From assembly GCF_018977255.1 (NCBI RefSeq), contig NW_024704747.1, forward strand, positions 10,106,001-10,170,000: a DNA stretch of 64,000 bases. Direction: 5' to 3'. The DNA is from Callorhinchus milii (lineage: Eukaryota). Below are positions 50,521-64,000 of this stretch, piece by piece. The translations under genes and the position numbers were made by a program. Each line of letters begins with the position of its first letter. Positions within the stretch are counted from its first letter, which is position 1. Below the pieces are notes generated by a model. It saw nothing but the letters and a program-made list of their open reading frames with translations, did not search any database and had not been told where the DNA came from.

Positions 50521-51329
50521 GCCATAAGAGGGTGAACTCTACTGAAATACCATGAAACCTGCTATGAAAGGCACAACTGTCGATGTGTAGACTTTGGTGC
50601 TCTGAGAGAAGTGATTTTCAGTCCAAAATCACAAAGATTTGGAAGGTACAATCAGGACTCAAAATGATAATATTGGTTAGATTTTATCTGTCTGTCAGTA
50701 CATAGTCTCCTACTTTTGCATTAGATTAAGTAGAAGGGTAATAAGTAACAATGGGAATGATGACAGGTCTCATATCTGTTTGTTTCAGAAGTTGCTACTT
50801 TTCAACCTAAATTTCATAGACGATTGTTTAGGTCCCATACTCCTTATGACCATTTCACCTGGCAGTCAAAACAAAAGGCAAGAAATGGAAACATCACATC
50901 ACCATTTCAATATTCCATTGTAAATTTGCCATGATAGTTGGACATTTAATAGGTGAATTACAAGGAAAGGTTTTGAGGCGAGACTCAAATCACAGCAAAG
51001 AAAATTATTCTTGAGCTCAAAAGCCCAACTAAATACTTATGATGTTGTCAGAGAATATTTGTTCTCATTCATGGGAACAGAATGAATTTGGCCGATATCT
51101 ACAAAAAGAACAAATAATAATTTATAATAAACCATATCAAAGGGAAGTCATGACACACAGGACAACATCTCAGGTGTCTATAATCTTCCTGTAGGACTTC
51201 CCCATTTCCCATTGGTATGTGGAAGATAATAATAAAGAAGAAGAGTACTGGGAGTCATATATGGTTGGGGGAATATTAGAGGAAGTAAGAGGGCAATAGA
51301 AAGCAGATTGCAGACAGCAGTTAGCAGGA

Positions 51330-51600
51330 TCTGAAGAATATTTTTAGCTATGTTAGCATAGAAAATGTGTTAAAGACTAGACAGTCCTTTAAGCGATTAG
51401 TCAGAAAGAGATAGAGAAGATCAATAGATGACACATGTGTTGAATAGATTTTTCACATCAGTTTTCACACATGAAGACCAAAATCAAATTCCCAAACCAG
51501 GCGTTTTAGCTCAGGAATCTTTAACTAGGGTAACTATCAGTTGAGCATTTGCTTTGAACAAACTCAAGTAATTGAGTATCTGCCAGACACTCAAGTTAGA
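51330..51600 (+). mobile_element. Old CR1 internal fragment
   Basis: ttgaatagatttttcacatcagttttcacacatgaagac encodes LNRFFTSVFTHED. Confidence 0.5.
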
Positions 51601-51604
51601 AGGA

Positions 51605-51830
51605 ACACATAGGAACAGGAGGGCAACATTCAGTCCTTCAAGCCTGTTCTGCCAGTTTATTAGATCATGGCAGATCTTTTAATCCCATTTCCGTGCTTTT
51701 TATCCACACCCTTTACAACCCTTACTTCTCAAGTATCTAGCTCCCTTTTAAACTTCCCAATTGATTCTGCCACTATAGTGAATAGTGAAAGTGTACTTCA
51801 CATATTAGCAATTATAAAGTTTAAGCAGTT
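51605..51830 (-). mobile_element. Old CR1 3' end
   Basis: cataggaacaggagggcaacattcagtccttcaagcctgttctgcca...tagatcatggcagatc, a CR1 3'UTR read antisense. Confidence 0.6.
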
Positions 51831-53029
51831 CTGTTTTTGCTCTTTGCTCTTTGATAGATCTTTGTGCTTTTTTTTGGTATTCGCTCTTCACAAAACTCAT
51901 TTGTTTTTAAACTTTTGATGGCCCAACCTACCATACCAAGAGAAGCATAAGGCAACTGTTTGGTTCAAGTCGAAATAATGCTGCTCACCTGACAGTCATT
52001 CTTCTGAATCAGCAACAAATGTAAAATAAGTTGGTAAATAACCCAGGACTAAATGAAGGAAAACAGGTAGAACACAATTTATTAAATAATTACAGCTCAG
52101 GGAGTTTCCAGATAATGAAATATTCCTCTCAATCAAAGAATCCCATGAACATTTTTGTTGTCTTAGCTGAAGGATGTGGTTTAACTTTTCCTAAAATGTC
52201 GGTATGAAGAAAGTTTTCCCCCAAAGCACCAATTGCCAATAACTTCAAATCCAACCTATAATTTCTGCACATACATAGGAAGTGAATTCCAGGCAGCCAG
52301 TTTACATAGTTCTGTATGTGCACAGTAATATATACTAATATCCGCAGGGGAGAAAGCCCATTGAAAACAAATGTTAACAAATTCAATTCATTGAAAAATC
52401 CATCTGGGCATTTCCAGTTTCATGAAAAAGAACAAATAAACTTTTGTGATGAAAGGCAGACCCAGGAAATCAACTCCATTCCACAACTGGGAAGAAAGGG
52501 AAGAAAGGTGACATCACAACACACAAGCAGAAATGGAAAGAACACATGCATCTGGCAAAGGGGGAAAATGATGACGAGTGAGTCTGGGAACTGCAGGGCA
52601 TTAAATGGAGGTCAGATAACAATGGTTCTTACCTCTTGATTACTGCAGATGATAGCCAGTTAAGTAAAGAATGATGTATCAAAAGAAAAAGATCTGTAAT
52701 TTATGAAGCACACTGGTAGCTTAAAAGGCTGAACACCTATTATATGGGCAACAAAATACAGCAATTCAACTTAACAATTTAATTTAACTTAATAATGGTA
52801 ATTGGCTGAGGGTGAGTAGCTGTAGCATCAGAGATCCTTTGGGGGTATCATCTACTCAGCAAAGTGGAAAGATAGCTCTGGCTCACTGCATGTCTATGGC
52901 ATTAATTTAACCATTTTCAAGAAGGCAGACACCCATACCTGATGACTGTGCACCAATAAACATGACCTTGATAATCAGATGCAAATTGAAAGATTACCTG
53001 TATGAAATCAATCAATAAATTAATACTGA

Positions 53030-54250
53030 CAACGTCAGAAAGTGTAGATCTTGCCTGATCAACCTTGCAGAGTTTTGTTTTGAGGATGTGACATCCCAGT
53101 TGACAAGAAGAAAACAGATGATGTTATATACTGGACTTACTAAAGGGTTTGTTTACAAAAGTCGAAAGATACTGTCATCTTGCTTCCTTCTTTGTAAAAA
53201 GTATTATACGCGAGACTTCTTTTATGAATTGATATCACTTAGCACCAAAGGTAAGACATTGGACAATGTTTAATAATTTGTTAAGAAGGAAGGAAATGGT
53301 AGTTGTTGGTGAAGTTAGTTCAAAATAAGAATGTATTGAATTGGTTGCTTCCGGGATGCATGCTGGAAACCTTCCCGTTCCTAGTATACATAAATGACCT
53401 TGATTTGCAAACTCAGTGTAAGATAATTGAATCTGCAGATTTTTTATTCTAAGCTAGGGGAACTGTAAAATCTGCAGAGGCAGCCAAAATTTAAAAAGTC
53501 TCAACCGGCACCTACACAGATCACTGCCAAATTAAGTTCAACATAAATTAATACAAGATAATGAATATAGTAAAAATAAGAAGTACGATGGATGGTATAA
53601 CGTTGACGAGGGGGTTATTGAAAGGGATCCCAAGGGTAGAAATTTGATTTTTTGCTCACCTTGTTTGAATAGTGTGAGGCAACAATAATTCCCAAATCAG
53701 TGGGCATTCCTTCAGAGTTACAAACCTCTAACATCAGGAAGTATTTCTTTACACAGAGGATGACTAACATCTCGAACATCTTGCCAGGAAGATTGGCAGA
53801 GGCCGGAACACTGCACTCGTTTAAGAAATAGCTTGATGTTGTAGCTTGATGGTGGAGTCCTACAGTATAGTGTTTAGAGCACTTGCCTCGCAAACAAGAG
53901 GACCTGGGTTCGATTCCTGTGCAGGCAAAGTTTCCTTGTTCCACACACCTCTATTTACCTAGCTGTAAGTAAGAACCCGTTTTTTAGTTGATTGATGGAT
54001 TGCTTGTCTGGGGGTAATAATCTTCTAAAAAAAGACTGTTTTGGGGTCATTGCTTTGCGCAATTAGCTGGCACAAAATATACAGTCAATTCACTTTACAA
54101 TATATTCTGTGAAGTGCTTTGAGATGTCTCAACTGTGTGATAAGGCGCTATATCAAATGTAAGGATTATTATCATTATTATGATATTCTGATGGGAAGAT
54201 GGTAGGATTGGCATTCTGGAAAAATAAGAACAAAATAGCTTGAATCTCTT
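53030..54250 (+). mobile_element. Old CR1 RT-to-3' end, interrupted by SINE
   Basis: RSCLINLAEF, YINDLD, FFTQR..NILP. The 3'UTR matches ~36040. Confidence 0.65.
53852..54181 (+). mobile_element. tRNA-headed SINE, long subfamily
   Basis: gtggagtcctacag head, gggttcgattcc B box, core and (att)n tail. Confidence 0.88.
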
Positions 54251-55129
54251 GTGCATTTATTTTGAATAAAAAAGATTATCTTTTATATACTAGAAAATAT
54301 TCTAATATATACATATTTGTTTCCCTTTTCAATATTATAGATGATTTGTGCACCATCCTGTCCAAGGTGTGGTGATTCTTCTTTATTCTTTGCAATGTAC
54401 AAATTTCCTTTGCTTACTAGCTAGGCAATAATGTGTGATGCACATTTATAAAGGTGTGCTTAGTTACAACCATTCAATGAACATTGGATCGAAGCATAGA
54501 TCTGAAAAGTACTCACTTGTTTTTCGTGAGTATTTCTTACATATTTTGATCCAGCAGTAACACAGCAAAATCTTATTCCAAGCCAAATAATGAAACAAGA
54601 GCTTCTTGTTTCAGTGAAATAATTCATTAAAGGGAAAGAGTAAGTTATCAAGAGCTAAAATTTCTTAAAAAGGTAAATCAATCTTATATCTATGAAGTAA
54701 GAAAAGTTTTGGGGGCCAGAAAGTCTTTATAATCTTAGCCTTTAGACCAAAAAGTAAGATTGTTCAGAAATATAGAAAATTATTAAATTCAGTCTTAATA
54801 TGTTTTATACAGTTTTAAAAACTCTTAAACCATGGGACTAAGACACAGCTTCAAAACAAACTTCAGTAGGAGAGCATCATTTAGTGCTTTCTTATATTCA
54901 TCATGTATAAAATTATATATTGTTATGGTCATTTATCATGTGTATCATCTAATGATATATAAAAGAAAAAATGTTTCTCATAAGTTGAAGCTCAATGTTT
55001 GTGCACTGCACTAGGCTGTGTAAACTGAATCACACAGACTGAACCAAACAGCATGGAGTAAATCCTGATTAGTCCCAGCACTGAAATTGATGGAGTGTAG
55101 ACAAACAGCCTAATACCCAAATTTATCCA

Positions 55130-55700
55130 GGTCCCTCTGAATTCAGTCAATCTATTATTGTTAAGTCTGTTATTTGCAACTCCCTCCAGTTTAGCAACAG
55201 CAGTAAACTTAGATAAACTGTCCTATTTCAAAATCATTTATATAGATAACATTGGCCCTAGCACTGATCTCTGAGGCATCCCACTATATTTTTCCCCACA
55301 TCGATTCAGCTCATTTGACACTACCCATTGCTTCCTGTGATCTAACCAATTTCTAATTTGCATCAACAGCCTATTCCGTGCTTTTCTGCCTTGTGGGCTA
55401 ATTTGCAGTGTGCCACTGGGCCAAAAATGTTGGCAATATTTAAATACAGTATATAACATCCACTGTTTCCCTTATCTATAGTTATTTTATTTCTTCAAAG
55501 AGCTCTAAAAGATTTGTTATTTGATCTGCCTTCCATAAAGCTATGCTGGGTTGTTCTTTAAATTCTATATTTTAATATATTTCCTCCTTTAGGATGCCTT
55601 CAGCAGATGTCAAACTCATTGGCCCATAGTTCCCACATCATCCTTTTTGTTCCCTTTGTAAACTCACATTAAATTCCTTGTTCTTCAATATTCAGGCAGC
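55130..55700 (-). mobile_element. Old CR1 RT fragment
   Basis: IRNWLDHRKQWVV...SGMPQRSVLGP. Confidence 0.7.
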
Positions 55701-55807
55701 ACTCTCACTTTTAATGAATCCATATACATGCCTGCCAGAACATGTTCAATATCATCGGCCACTTATGTAAGTACCCTTTTGTGCACTCATTTCTGGGCCT
55801 GTGGGAA

Positions 55808-56760
55808 GGGGGCGAAATTCCGTTATATAAACATAGCTGCCGAAAACTGGTCAGTATGGTATTGTCGTAAAAACATTTTACCACAAAATCCATAACACAG
55901 GAAAATTGCAGTTGTTATTGTTAGTCTCTGGAACATTTCAAAACGCATGGCTGCCTCACAGCCAATCGCACATCAAAGCTCTAGGGCCTGATTAACAAGT
56001 AAAACAAGGTGATAGTTAGTGCTGGATTGCTCTGCTGCATATATGCACAGGTCAATGTGAAATGGCACTGCACAAATGGATTACATTGGCAGATCAAAAA
56101 GGATGTGGTGAGGGAAGCAAAGGAGGCTGAGGCCCAGCACATCGAGAGGACCTGGCAGAACATTCGCAGAACAGAACATGGCCTTCAGGCATAAACGTTT
56201 TGGCACAAGTAACATCTGCATCACAGAAGGGCCATGGCCTTGTAGCAAGTCATGCACCATTCCTTGTTACTGCTGATTCTGCTACATTCAACCCTATGTG
56301 TTATACAGCATATGGTAATCAATGGTGGCACTCGCTGTAAAATGTTGGTATTGAAGGGAGATCGAACAGATGAAGGGCTAGTGCGAAGGTAGGTTCAATA
56401 CAACACAATGCTGCAGACACTATCCCCTTTGAAGTAGAGCCCCTTCAGTGCATGTCATCCTAGAAATAGGGGCCATCACAATGCTGAAACATATGAATGT
56501 GAATGCTTACTTCGCAGAGGAACATTGCAGATTACGAGGGCCTAACTTTGACACTCCATTGTTGATGGCAGAGGCCATCCTGGCACTTTTTCACCACATG
56601 TGAAGGTGAGGAGCAATTTGTTGCTGCAGCACAGCCACGTATCTCCACAAGATACGTGCAAACAACCTACAGGAATGTGGCATGTAAGTTTACCTGCTGC
56701 ATCTTAATGTATACCTAACATTATGTCACTCATCTAAATTCACCTTTTCTACGTGAATGG
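55808..56760 (+). mobile_element. Possible PIF/Harbinger-type DNA transposon relic
   Basis: Begins ggggcgaaattcc (Harbinger-like terminus as recalled). The higher-GC interior includes RGPNFD...LF, reminiscent of a Myb/SANT partner protein. No second TIR was found. Confidence 0.25.
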
Positions 56761-59559
56761 AATTGACGCCTTAGTTCCTTGTCCTTAATGTTCCTTAATC
56801 AGTTGCTCAGTCTCCTTTATCTTATTTATATACCCCAATAGGTCCTCTGATCTGCCCATAGACTTATATTTAAGGAAAGCTCTGTTTTATGTCCATATTT
56901 CCTGCGTTATCTACTTTGTTGCCCATATTGGTTTCCCTTTTACTGAACTTTTTCCCCCAAGGGGGTTGAAGCCAATGTATTACAAAGCTTATGCAATAGG
57001 CTGTTCGGCCGTTTCTGCCAAATATACTGTATAACACACAGGGTCGAATGTAGCAGAACCTGCAGTAACATAGAAACAATTGATCCTGTGCAAATTCAGG
57101 ATTGCTATTTGTTTAAGTCACTTTGCTCTCTGGCAGAAGAAAGCCCCATTGTGTTTGTACAGACCTTTTAGTGTGAAACTCACATCACTGGCCTGTGAAG
57201 GCGGATTTAGAGCTCAGCCTGCCTACAAACAGAAAACGTGGGGGTTGGTGCTGCCATTTCAAAAAGGAGTCTCTCTCTCCTGTGTCTTTTAAAAATGCAA
57301 AGGTTTAAAAAAGAATTTTGAAGAGCCATGTTACATTTCTTTGCCTTTTTAAATATATATATATATTTTTACTGAAATAATGAGAACTGATATTATTTGG
57401 GCACTGAGTCAAATTGAGTTACTTATTGCCTTAATTCAATGCATAGAATCAGGAAGCTGAATTTACAGCAGGAGATACGATCATTAGATTAAAAATCTTT
57501 AGGTAGCTCATCCTTGTGCATGTGAGTTCATCTGTCACACACAACCAGTCTCAGTAGCCTCTGCCAACCCAAACCCTGAAGTACAGGCTATTTGAAGCAA
57601 AGTGTTTTAAGTCAAAAGTAATGTACAAAAATATCTTACCTTTTTCTTTAAAAAGGAATTTCCTTGGCGCAGCCAACAGTCTAAATATTATGTTTAAAGT
57701 ATAATATTGATGAGATAGACTGAGTATCTTTGGAATCCCTCGATTATTAAGATACATTGGGTAACCTCAGCTCCCTTACGGGGATTTTGGTCAACATCAA
57801 ATGAATTTGAAGAAGCTGAAGTCAGTTCTAATGTATCAGCTAACACCAGGGCATCAGTCAATGGAAGACTTACTATTAGATCAGTAACACAGACTTCAAC
57901 TGGAGTTGGTGTAACCCATATAACAGAGTCAGAGTTCAGGTGCTGTTAAAAATTCCTTTGTCAGAGGTGCAATTTACAAATGTATATGGCTTCACTCGAA
58001 TGCCCTGATCTCAGAAGACTATGAAGGGTCCAGGCATGATAAACTGGAGCTGCCTTGACACCAATTTATACCAATTCAAGGCTAATAAGAAGACTGGTCA
58101 GAAAGGAACAGTGAAGCACAGAGAAGTTTGACACACTTAACTTGACCTGAATGTGAAATTTTAATCTGAGCAGAACACGATTCTGAAACAAATAAAAAAA
58201 TTGAGAGTTGAAATTAAACCACATTGAAGACCAGGTCTGACTAAAGATTAATCTAAACCACTTTAAAGACATTCAGAATTAAAAGCCAGAAAATATGAAT
58301 AATCACATTAAAATACACAAGACCTGTATAAACTCTTAACGAGGAGGCTCACCATAGAAATACAAACGCAAAATGTAATAAATTGTGAAAAAGCAATGGC
58401 AAGTGTGATAGAATTTTCCCTTAAACATTTTGGTTATGCACTGGACACAAGACTTATAGGAGAGATTGAATAATGAGAGAAAACACAATTATTTATAACT
58501 ATCTTCCTAGACCTTCAAAATGTCTTTTGCTCTTTTCAAAGTGTGCACTTTGGAATGTGGAGATGGGTGTGGGAGGGTCCAGAAGATATGTAGGAGCAGT
58601 GGGATGGTGCTAGATGTGAGACTTGTAATGAAAGATACCACATTCTGGTCCAATTAGGATCATTTGTTTTTCTTCCCCTATTTATTTAGAGCTATCCATC
58701 AGAATCATTATTAAATATAGTACTGAATGATTTTAAACAATAGTGATCAATCAAGTAAATTAAAAAGTCACCAAAAGCCAATAATATTTTTTTACAAATA
58801 CTCCAACATTCACTGACAGAATAATTAAGATGTACTTACATTGTTGCCACTGGTTAATTTATCATGATAAAAAATAAGTTTTGGGTTCTGCTGTTAGCCT
58901 CTCCTTTGTGAAAATTTTATAAAAACCATATGTGTCCAGCTTCATTCAGCAATGAGCTAAAAACCATACTATTTGGTGAAATTTCAACACTTTTCATTGA
59001 AACTTTGTTTCTTTTCCGACATATTCCACTGGAGGACAAATGCAAATGCTATCTGTGCAAGATTTCTTCAGAAGTGATTGTTTGCAGTATTTACATTTAA
59101 TGGCAATCTTTCCTAACCTTCTTCTTCTAACTACCTGACACATATAAAACCCCCATACAACTCCATTTCTCTTTACAAATCCCATAAATCTGTTACATAT
59201 TATAAGGGGGCCTACGGATTACAGGTTCCTGTGAAATACAGTTATTCTAGAATATCAGTATATTGAAATAAACCATTCTTTCTTACTTTACTAGCTATCA
59301 GTTTTAAAATGTGCTTGATTACCTTCTGTACATTTCCAATCATGTCTAGTGATAAATTGTTAAACTTTGCAAAACACACAAGTCTGGTTTACATTATTTG
59401 ACAAAGTTAAAAAGAAACACTGCAGATGAAAACATTTATAAACTCAGGTGAAACTACTTTAATTAAGCAATGCTTATTCTGTTCACTTAACATGAATCAT
59501 CAAATAGTTATACAATAGGGTTTCCAATTTTCTTATTTTAATAATGGGTGAAGAATAAA

Positions 59560-60122
59560 GTAACAACAACTTGCATTTATATAGCACTCTTTAGAATGGG
59601 GCAGAGACTTGGAGCGCTTACCAGTGGTGGAACCTGGCACCGAGCCAGGCGGAGGTGACCATAAACATGGTCGAAGAGGAAGGTCTTCAGGCGTGATCTG
59701 AAAATGGGGAGGGAGAGGGCAAGGCAGATGCATTGAGAGAGAGTTCCAAAATTTCAGGGTGTAATGGCTGAAAGCACAGCCGTCGATGGTGGAGTGGAGG
59801 GGAAGAGGGACAACCAGGAGGCTGGAGCCAGCCGAGCAGTGATGGAGTGAGGAGTAAGCAGGTCAGAGAGGTAGACAGATGCCAGGACATGAAGGGATTT
59901 GTAGGTGAGTGTGAAGAACTTGGAGTCGATCTGTTCTGTGATAGGGAGCCAGTGGAGCCTGGCGAGGATGGGGGTACGGAGTTTAAAGCGGGTGAGTATT
60001 TGGTTGGCTGAGTTGTTAATCAGTTGGATTTTGTGGGTATTGGAGCTGGGGAGACCTGCAAGGAGGGCATTGGAATAGCAGAGGCAGAAGGTGACAAAAG
60101 CATGGACGAAAGTGGGAGCAAA
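59560..60122 (-). mobile_element. L2 3' fragment
   Basis: VHAFVTFCLCYSNALLAGLP...LARLHWLPI, with a (caa)n tail. Confidence 0.88.
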
Positions 60123-60494
60123 CTGCAATTAGAACAGAAAAGTTCACTCAGTCAGTCATTAAACCAGGAACATGCATTTGGATGCATTCAGGTTTTCAAA
60201 TCCAGATTTAGAAAGATTGAAATGCAGATATTTAAAATTGATGCACCTATTTTAACCTCCAGTACACCAGAGCTTCAAATGCATATTTGTAAAAGAGACT
60301 TGGGATGTGAATGTATATAATTTTCCAGACCAAAATGAGATCTGACAACAAAGCAACAGAGTCGCCACTCCCATTCCAAGAGCTGGACGTAATTATATGT
60401 TTCGAAGCTTCCATGTTACCACTAGAGGACTGGAGAGATATGGGCATACAGCTCCTATCATTCTTGACTACCGTAACTACCACCAACTAATGGG

Positions 60495-60658
60495 CAAGTT
60501 GGCCATTCATGGTTGTTTGTGAAACATTACTGTATGCACATTGGCTGCCGCATTTACCTGCAAAATTACAGTCAGTACACTTTACAATATGAAATGCTTT
60601 GAGATGTCCTCCTTACGTGAATGGTGCTATATCAAATGCAAGGATTATTATTATTATT
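60495..60658 (+). mobile_element. SINE 3' fragment
   Basis: ggttgtttgtgaaacattactg...ttggctgccgc...(att)n. Confidence 0.7.
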
Positions 60659-61959
60659 TTTTATTAATGCTTATACCCAAATCAATAACAAGTATTTGGA
60701 TTTAAGGACATTATTAAATTATATTTAATATTCTTATTCTTCTAAAGTATTTATTTCTGCTTTACAAAACAATTTGGTTATTAATATATTTTAAGAGTAC
60801 ATTCAAAAACACAGGGTGGATAGTTTCAGAAGATATGCACATTGTAACACAATAGACTGTTGTTTAAATTAACTTGTTGCACACAAAAACCCTTCGATCT
60901 TGGCTTAATCTAAATGATCATGTTACATGAGGGGCACAAGTCAGTGACTAGGTATTTGCATCTCTTGTGGTTATTAGTGGTCACTATATTCTCCAATGTC
61001 AGATCCATTTCCTCAAGATTCTTTCAACGGTCTTTTGCCAAATGAAGAGTATGTGGCCTTTCTTTTCTCCTCCCCATCTGGAATCCATACCAGGCTTGTT
61101 TTAGGATCTGTGCCTCTTCTATGCTGCATTTCTAGCCAAACCACAACAACCATATTTTCTTGATTAATCTACTTACTGGTGGAAACAACATCCTTTCTGT
61201 CTTAAAATCTTTCTCTCCATCTAAAATCAAATGCATCAAGATTTTCAAATGCTACTGACATCTAGTGCTACTGACATCTTCTTGGCATTCATGCAATATG
61301 TAAGTGTTGACAGCACAGTGGTCATGTACATATAGACCTTTATTTGCTAACTTTCAAACCATGCCATACTTATTAAAAACTTATGCTGCTTTTGCAGGGC
61401 ACACATATATATACGTTGTCAAAATCCACTGGAAATAATTACGTCACGAATGGATAAATAAAGAAAATATTCTTAACTTGCAGGTTTCAGGAATGAAAAT
61501 TATTCACTCAACAAACTGTCCGAACCATTTTGTTTGGACTGGATAATTTTAACCTAAGCATTTAAATATAACAACTCAGAATATTTATAACTGCATAACT
61601 TGAATGAGGTTTGATTTGATGATTCTCTCTCCTCTTCTTCCTTACTCCTGTTTTCAACTTGCGAACTTGGCACCTCACTGAAGTGACCATACTTTATGGG
61701 TAAGCTGAGTTAGTGAGTATTGGGGAGGAGATGTGTGTATAAGGTATCATAGGCTCAGTCTGATCCAGTTTTTGCCCAACAGGACTGCTGGCCAAATTTA
61801 TCATACCTAGCCTGGAGCACTGAGGTTACCAATAACAACAGCCCTCTGCTTGTTTTAATCTGCTAAATCAGTACATACTATGAAATAAACTTGCAGCCCT
61901 TTGGACTGTATAGTTTAATGCTACACCAGGTGACAGCTTTACAACCAGATCATGATATA

Positions 61960-62035
61960 ATACAAAAATTACAATACAAAATTACATTTGTATGGCATCT
62001 TTCATGTCGGGAAGATGTCCCAAGGCGCTGGTAAG
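61960..62035 (-). mobile_element. L2 tail only
   Basis: ttacatttgtatggcatctttcatgtcgggaagatgtcccaaggcgctg. Confidence 0.7.
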
Positions 62036-63194
62036 CGCAAACCATATTCAGTAGGAAATGGACCGGGATAAAATACTTATATGAAAAGCAACATGCTGAG
62101 CAATGGAAAGTTGGAATCAAAGCAACTCTCTGCAGTAATCCCGGTTGTCTTGTTCCTGTGTCAGGTACTGCTGATGACAAATTAGCCAGCCTGGCTGATC
62201 AGCAGTACTTGGAGGGGCAAATCAGTCACTGAGGACAGGCATTTCTTCCCGCTTGACTCCTGTTAACTCAGCAACTCAAAGCCCTAATAGTTAAGGTGGT
62301 GTTAGCTGGACAAGCACTCAGAAAGTTTGCTGGAAAGTGCTCAAAATGGTAAGGTTTCTGGTCTTAGCTCTGTTAAACTCCAGAATCAGAAGCAGGGAGG
62401 GACTGTAATTTCCATTTCAGAAACAGGGAAATTACCATGCTTTAGGTGGCAATATATATGTGGAACTCTCAATCTGGTTTGGATATTCTTAAGCATGGTG
62501 ATAGGTTTCTGCATGTGTTAGTCACATGGCTGACGCCCCCAAAATATTGAGAATCAAAGATAATGCTTGGTCATTAAGGATTACAGTAATAAAATAGCCA
62601 TGAAGAAGGCACTCTTCCAAAATGAAACTTTGAATGACACAAAATGATATGCTCATCAAATGTTTATGACATGCTGAACTTAGATCCCACAGATCAGTAG
62701 TTTACCCCCAAATTTAAATGTAAGGAATCCTTTAGAAAGTTGGATTTCAGACATGCATCTTTGTGCTTGTGAATGCAGCAGACACTGACCTTTTGAGAAT
62801 ACAAGGATAGTCCTGTACTATTATGGAATTCCAGGTACAAATGAGAAGCTGCTAATCAGCACATTCAAATTGCTGAAATTGGGAACAGAATATGGATCTT
62901 ATGGAGAAGTATTCCATCTCTTTATTTTTGTTGGCTCCTTTAACTTTCCTCAAAGCCTCAGAATAGTTGTGTACACATGAGTGGAAAGAAAGGGGAATTT
63001 ATTAGGACAATGGGAACATATTGGCTGCTGAATCTGACAGTGGTCATGTTTGTTCACTCTACAGTCACATATTGTTTATGAATGGTAGCGTTTTTCTCCC
63101 ACAATAATGACTATTATTCAGTTAATAAATCTGCAGCTGCTATCAAAATAAATATTTAACTTTAATGGAAACCTCTATACGGTCGCAAATGCAA

Positions 63195-64000
63195 CACAAC
63201 AACAACAAATTACATTTGTATTGTGCCTTCCACATCAGGAGGACGTCCCAAGGTGCTGGACAGTCAGGGATCTGCACCCAAGCTGGTGTTTGGGATCAGG
63301 AGGGGTGGAGGGGGTGACGGTAGTGATAGGAGCCTGACTGAAGGCACAGTTGAAGAGGAGAATCTTGAGATGGGTCTTGAAGGTGGCAAGGGTGGGGGCA
63401 GAGAGACTGAAAGCCTTCCCGCCAATGGTGGGGCGGGCAAGGCAGAGAACGTGAAGCAGACTGGAGCCCACTGAGCGAAGGAAGCAGACAGGTTGGTAGG
63501 GGGTTAGGAGGTCGCAGAGGTAGTGGGGAGCAAGACCATAGAGGGCTTTGAAGGTGAGGGCAAGAATTTTGAACTGTATCCTCTGTGTGATAACAATAAT
63601 AATAATCCTTGCATTTGATATAGCGCTTTTCACGTCGGGAGGACGTCCCAAAGCGTTTCACGGAACACACTCTAAAGTGAATTGACTGTATATTTGTGGG
63701 CGAACGCGGCAGCCAATTGCGCACAGCAATGTCCCACAAACAGTCGTGGATTGAAAATGACCAATTTTATTATTGTTTTTGGTTTTGGAGGGATTATTAT
63801 TAGGTGTGTGGAGTAAGGAAACTTGCCCAAGGTTTTGCCCTCTGCCTGGAATTGAACTCAGGTCTCTCACTTGCAAAGCGAGTGCTCTAACCACTGAGCT
63901 ACAGGACTCCACAAATGATGGGAAGTAAGTGGAGTTGGGTGAGGATGGGGGTGATAGGGTCGCGGAGCCTGGTGTGGGAGAGGACACGAACTACAGAGTA
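63195..64000 (-). mobile_element. L2 3' fragment interrupted by SINE (runs off the window)
   Basis: ITQRIQFKILALTFKALYGLAPHYL and tail. L2 resumes at 63913 (gatgggaag...gggtcgcggagcctggtg). Confidence 0.88.
63591..63912 (-). mobile_element. tRNA-headed SINE, short subfamily, full length, young
   Basis: Complete head to tail. Confidence 0.95.

Noticed and set aside
57750-58080. Stop-poor stretch open on both strands, weak Gypsy C-terminal resemblance
   Set aside because: Only a PGPFIV-like word; insufficient evidence.
1-64000. CRISPR array, operon, retron or other prokaryotic defence system
   Set aside because: No regularly spaced repeats and no gene-dense structure. All RTs are vertebrate LINE/LTR relics.

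Overview
AT-rich vertebrate genomic DNA, not prokaryotic. The repeat set (CR1 and L2 LINEs, Deu-type and tRNA-headed SINEs, Penelope-type terminal repeats, a Tx1 fragment) suggests a cartilaginous fish; the species assignment is inference. No intact protein-coding gene is evident. The recognisable ORFs are broken retroelement fragments or antisense shadows of them. The window reads as intronic/intergenic and holds roughly 45 transposon relics. The main ones are a ~3 kb 5'-truncated CR1, a ~2 kb L2, about 15 copies of a tRNA-Ala-like SINE in two subfamilies, and a decayed Gypsy integrase that is only visible across frameshifts. One candidate spliced exon with a start codon lies on the minus strand at 693-780. 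I found no convincing novel multi-gene system. The most interesting signals are structural: repeated locally templated insertions at retroelement junctions, a twin-primed Tx1, Penelope inverted termini with a decayed hammerhead core, and loop swapping in the shared SINE/L2 3' hairpin. Family assignments rest on motifs recalled from memory, and element boundaries are approximate (about +/-10-30 bp).
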